Below are positions 44,067 through 45,896 of a stretch of 45,896 bases of DNA, piece after piece. Under the pieces are notes generated by a model that made no database searches, was not told the origin of the DNA, and saw only the letters and a list, made by a program, of their open reading frames with translations. The position numbers and the translations under genes are program-made. The stretch is from a virus (lineage: Duplodnaviria > Caudoviricetes), in IMG/VR virus record IMGVR_UViG_3300049170_000023, positions 1-45,896 of that record; one strand, given 5' to 3'. The stretch's first letter is position 1. Each line of letters opens with the position of its first letter.

Positions 44067-45494
44067 ATGGGCCTTTTCGACATGCTGGACAACCCCGGCC
44101 GGGCAGTGGGGATCGACCCCGAGCAGATCGACCCGCGCGACCGTGGCGCCTACCGGGGGATGGTGCTGTCCGCGCTGGGCAACCAGATGACGGGCGGCAC
44201 CAATATGTTCTCTGCCCTTGGCAGCGCACGGCAGATGATGGACGAACGCAAGGCCAGGGAGATGGAGCTGCGCATGAAGCAGCAGCAGATGGCGGCCGCC
44301 CAACAACGCGAGGAAATCATCCGGGGCGCCTTCGGGGAGCAGGCCCCTGGCGCACCCGGCGCACCCATGCCGGAGCAGGGCGATCAACCACAAGGCGGCA
44401 TGCAGGGCGGCCCGATGGGGGGCGGCATGGATCCGCTCATGGCGCAGGCCAAGGCAAAGTCCGAGAAGCTGAGCAACGCCGCCATGCGAATCATGCAGGT
44501 GGACACGAAGCTCGGAATCGACTTGCTCAAGCAGGCGCAGGAGATCTTCCCTCTGCCCAAGTACGGGCAGACGCCGCACCAGGTCACCCTCAACGGAAAG
44601 CCGGCGCTGGTGGCGATGAGCGATCAGGGCGGGTTCAAGATCCTGCTGGGGCTGTCCCCCGAGATGAAGCTCGGCCAGCCGGTTCAGATGAACCTCGGCG
44701 GCAGAGACATGATGGTGCAGGTCGGTCCTGACGGTACTGTCGTTCCGATTCAGGGCGCGCAACCGTACGAGGCCCCTACCTCGGACATGAAGAACTATCA
44801 GTTCGCCCAGCAAGATCCCGCCTTCACGGCGTGGGATAGGGCGAACCGTGCTTCTGGTGCTACTCGGGTGCACAACTCGACCAACATCAATGAAGACGCC
44901 TGGGGCAAGGCGATGGGACCGGAGATCGCCAAGATGGCGACCGGGGCCATGCAGGCCGGAGCCTCTGCGCAGGGCACGCTGGCTGCGCTTGACGACATTG
45001 ACCGGACGCTAGGCGATGCCATAGTAGGCCCTCTGGCGGGACCGCGCACCACCTGGGCGAGGGTGCAGCAGATGGCGCAGGGCAAGAACCCCGAGCTGGC
45101 GAACAAGCTGTCAGCCACGTCGCAGGCGATGCAGGGCATGGCGCTCATTGAGCTGCAGACCGCCGAGTTCATGAAGGGGCAAGGGCCGATCACCGATAAC
45201 GAGCGCGGCTTGATCCGCCGTGCTGCCGGCATGGACCCGAACATGACGGTCCCGGAGATCCGCGCGGCATCGGTGGCGCTGCGCCGGCAGGCCAACTGGC
45301 GGCAGACACAAGCGCAGGCCACGCAGCAGCGGGTGGGGCAGATGCCGGGCATGGAGCGCCTCGGCCCACTGTTCAACACCGCCAGCGGGGTCAAACCACC
45401 TGCGCCGCCTCAAGCCGCACCTGCAGGGGCCACTGAAAGCCCGCAGCAGCGCGCCGCGCGCATCCTGAAAGAGCGCCAGAAAGGCAAGCCATGA
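44067..45494 (+). CDS. DNA ejection / internal virion protein
   Basis: Gln/Met/Gly-rich; PTSDMKNYQFA; MKGQGPITDNER. Confidence 0.75.
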   Translation: MGLFDMLDNPGRAVGIDPEQIDPRDRGAYRGMVLSALGNQMTGGTNMFSALGSARQMMDERKAREMELRMKQQQMAAAQQREEIIRGAFGEQAPGAPGAPMPEQGDQPQGGMQGGPMGGGMDPLMAQAKAKSEKLSNAAMRIMQVDTKLGIDLLKQAQEIFPLPKYGQTPHQVTLNGKPALVAMSDQGGFKILLGLSPEMKLGQPVQMNLGGRDMMVQVGPDGTVVPIQGAQPYEAPTSDMKNYQFAQQDPAFTAWDRANRASGATRVHNSTNINEDAWGKAMGPEIAKMATGAMQAGASAQGTLAALDDIDRTLGDAIVGPLAGPRTTWARVQQMAQGKNPELANKLSATSQAMQGMALIELQTAEFMKGQGPITDNERGLIRRAAGMDPNMTVPEIRAASVALRRQANWRQTQAQATQQRVGQMPGMERLGPLFNTASGVKPPAPPQAAPAGATESPQQRAARILKERQKGKP

Positions 45495-45896
45495 ACGACG
45501 TATCGGACGAAGTCCTGCGCAAGATGTCTTCTGCGGACCTTGCGGCCTTCTCTGAGGGGCGCATGGACGACATGAGCAACACAGGGTTGCGGCTCATCGC
45601 CAACGGCCTGCCAAAGTTCAAGTACAACGCCTTCGACGCAGCCCTGCAGGGCCTGACGTTTAACTTTGCCGATGAGGCCGGCGCGCGCAAGGATGCGATG
45701 CTGGGGCGGGGCGGCTACAGCCAGAACCTTGCCGACCGCCGCACCGCAAAGGAACTGTACGACCGCGAAAACCCGATGACGGCCATGGGCTCTGAGCTGG
45801 CGGGGGCGGCAGTCACGTCTTTCGTCCCGGGCCTTGGCGTCGCCAACGTCGGGAAGATCGCGCAGATGACGCCGCGGATGGTGCGCTTTGCCAGCG
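45491..45896 (+). CDS. N-terminal part of the large ejection protein (continues at position 1)
   Basis: ATGA overlap; open to the window edge: MNDVSDEVLRK..QGLTFNFADE..ENP....SELAG. Confidence 0.75.
   Translation, partial: MNDVSDEVLRKMSSADLAAFSEGRMDDMSNTGLRLIANGLPKFKYNAFDAALQGLTFNFADEAGARKDAMLGRGGYSQNLADRRTAKELYDRENPMTAMGSELAGAAVTSFVPGLGVANVGKIAQMTPRMVRFAS

Overview
The window is an essentially complete, circularly permuted ~45.9 kb temperate lambdoid phage genome with a P22/T7-like short-tail (podovirus) morphogenesis module. High GC and gene style suggest a betaproteobacterial (Burkholderiales-like) host, which is an inference. Gene order: end of a DNA-ejection gene (wraps from the window end), Pro-rich lipoprotein moron, attP, tyrosine integrase and excisionase, leftward early operon (mosaic Lar/DUF551-type genes, Gp157, SSB, Sak4-like ATPase, stand-alone vWA protein), accessory cassette between PL and cI, cI/cro/cII, replication initiator with iterons, nin-like region (VRR-NUC, NUMOD4-HNH, Ref-like nuclease, LuxR-type HTH), terS, a 3.6 kb island, thermonuclease, terL, portal, scaffold, major capsid, adaptor, tail genes, lysis cassette, tail hub, GH18-bearing tail protein, GNAT-like protein and ejection proteins. 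The most unusual elements are two highly structured non-coding elements in the terS-terL island: a ~125 nt cloverleaf with complementary loops and a ~380 nt multi-helix element with alternative pairings. Also notable are a tail module combining a SAM methyltransferase, shared 20-aa repeats and a needle-position protein fused to a CBM-like and a GH18 domain, a possible -1 frameshift at the SSB acidic tip, and five lipoproteins. All family calls come from motif recognition by eye; no database search was run.
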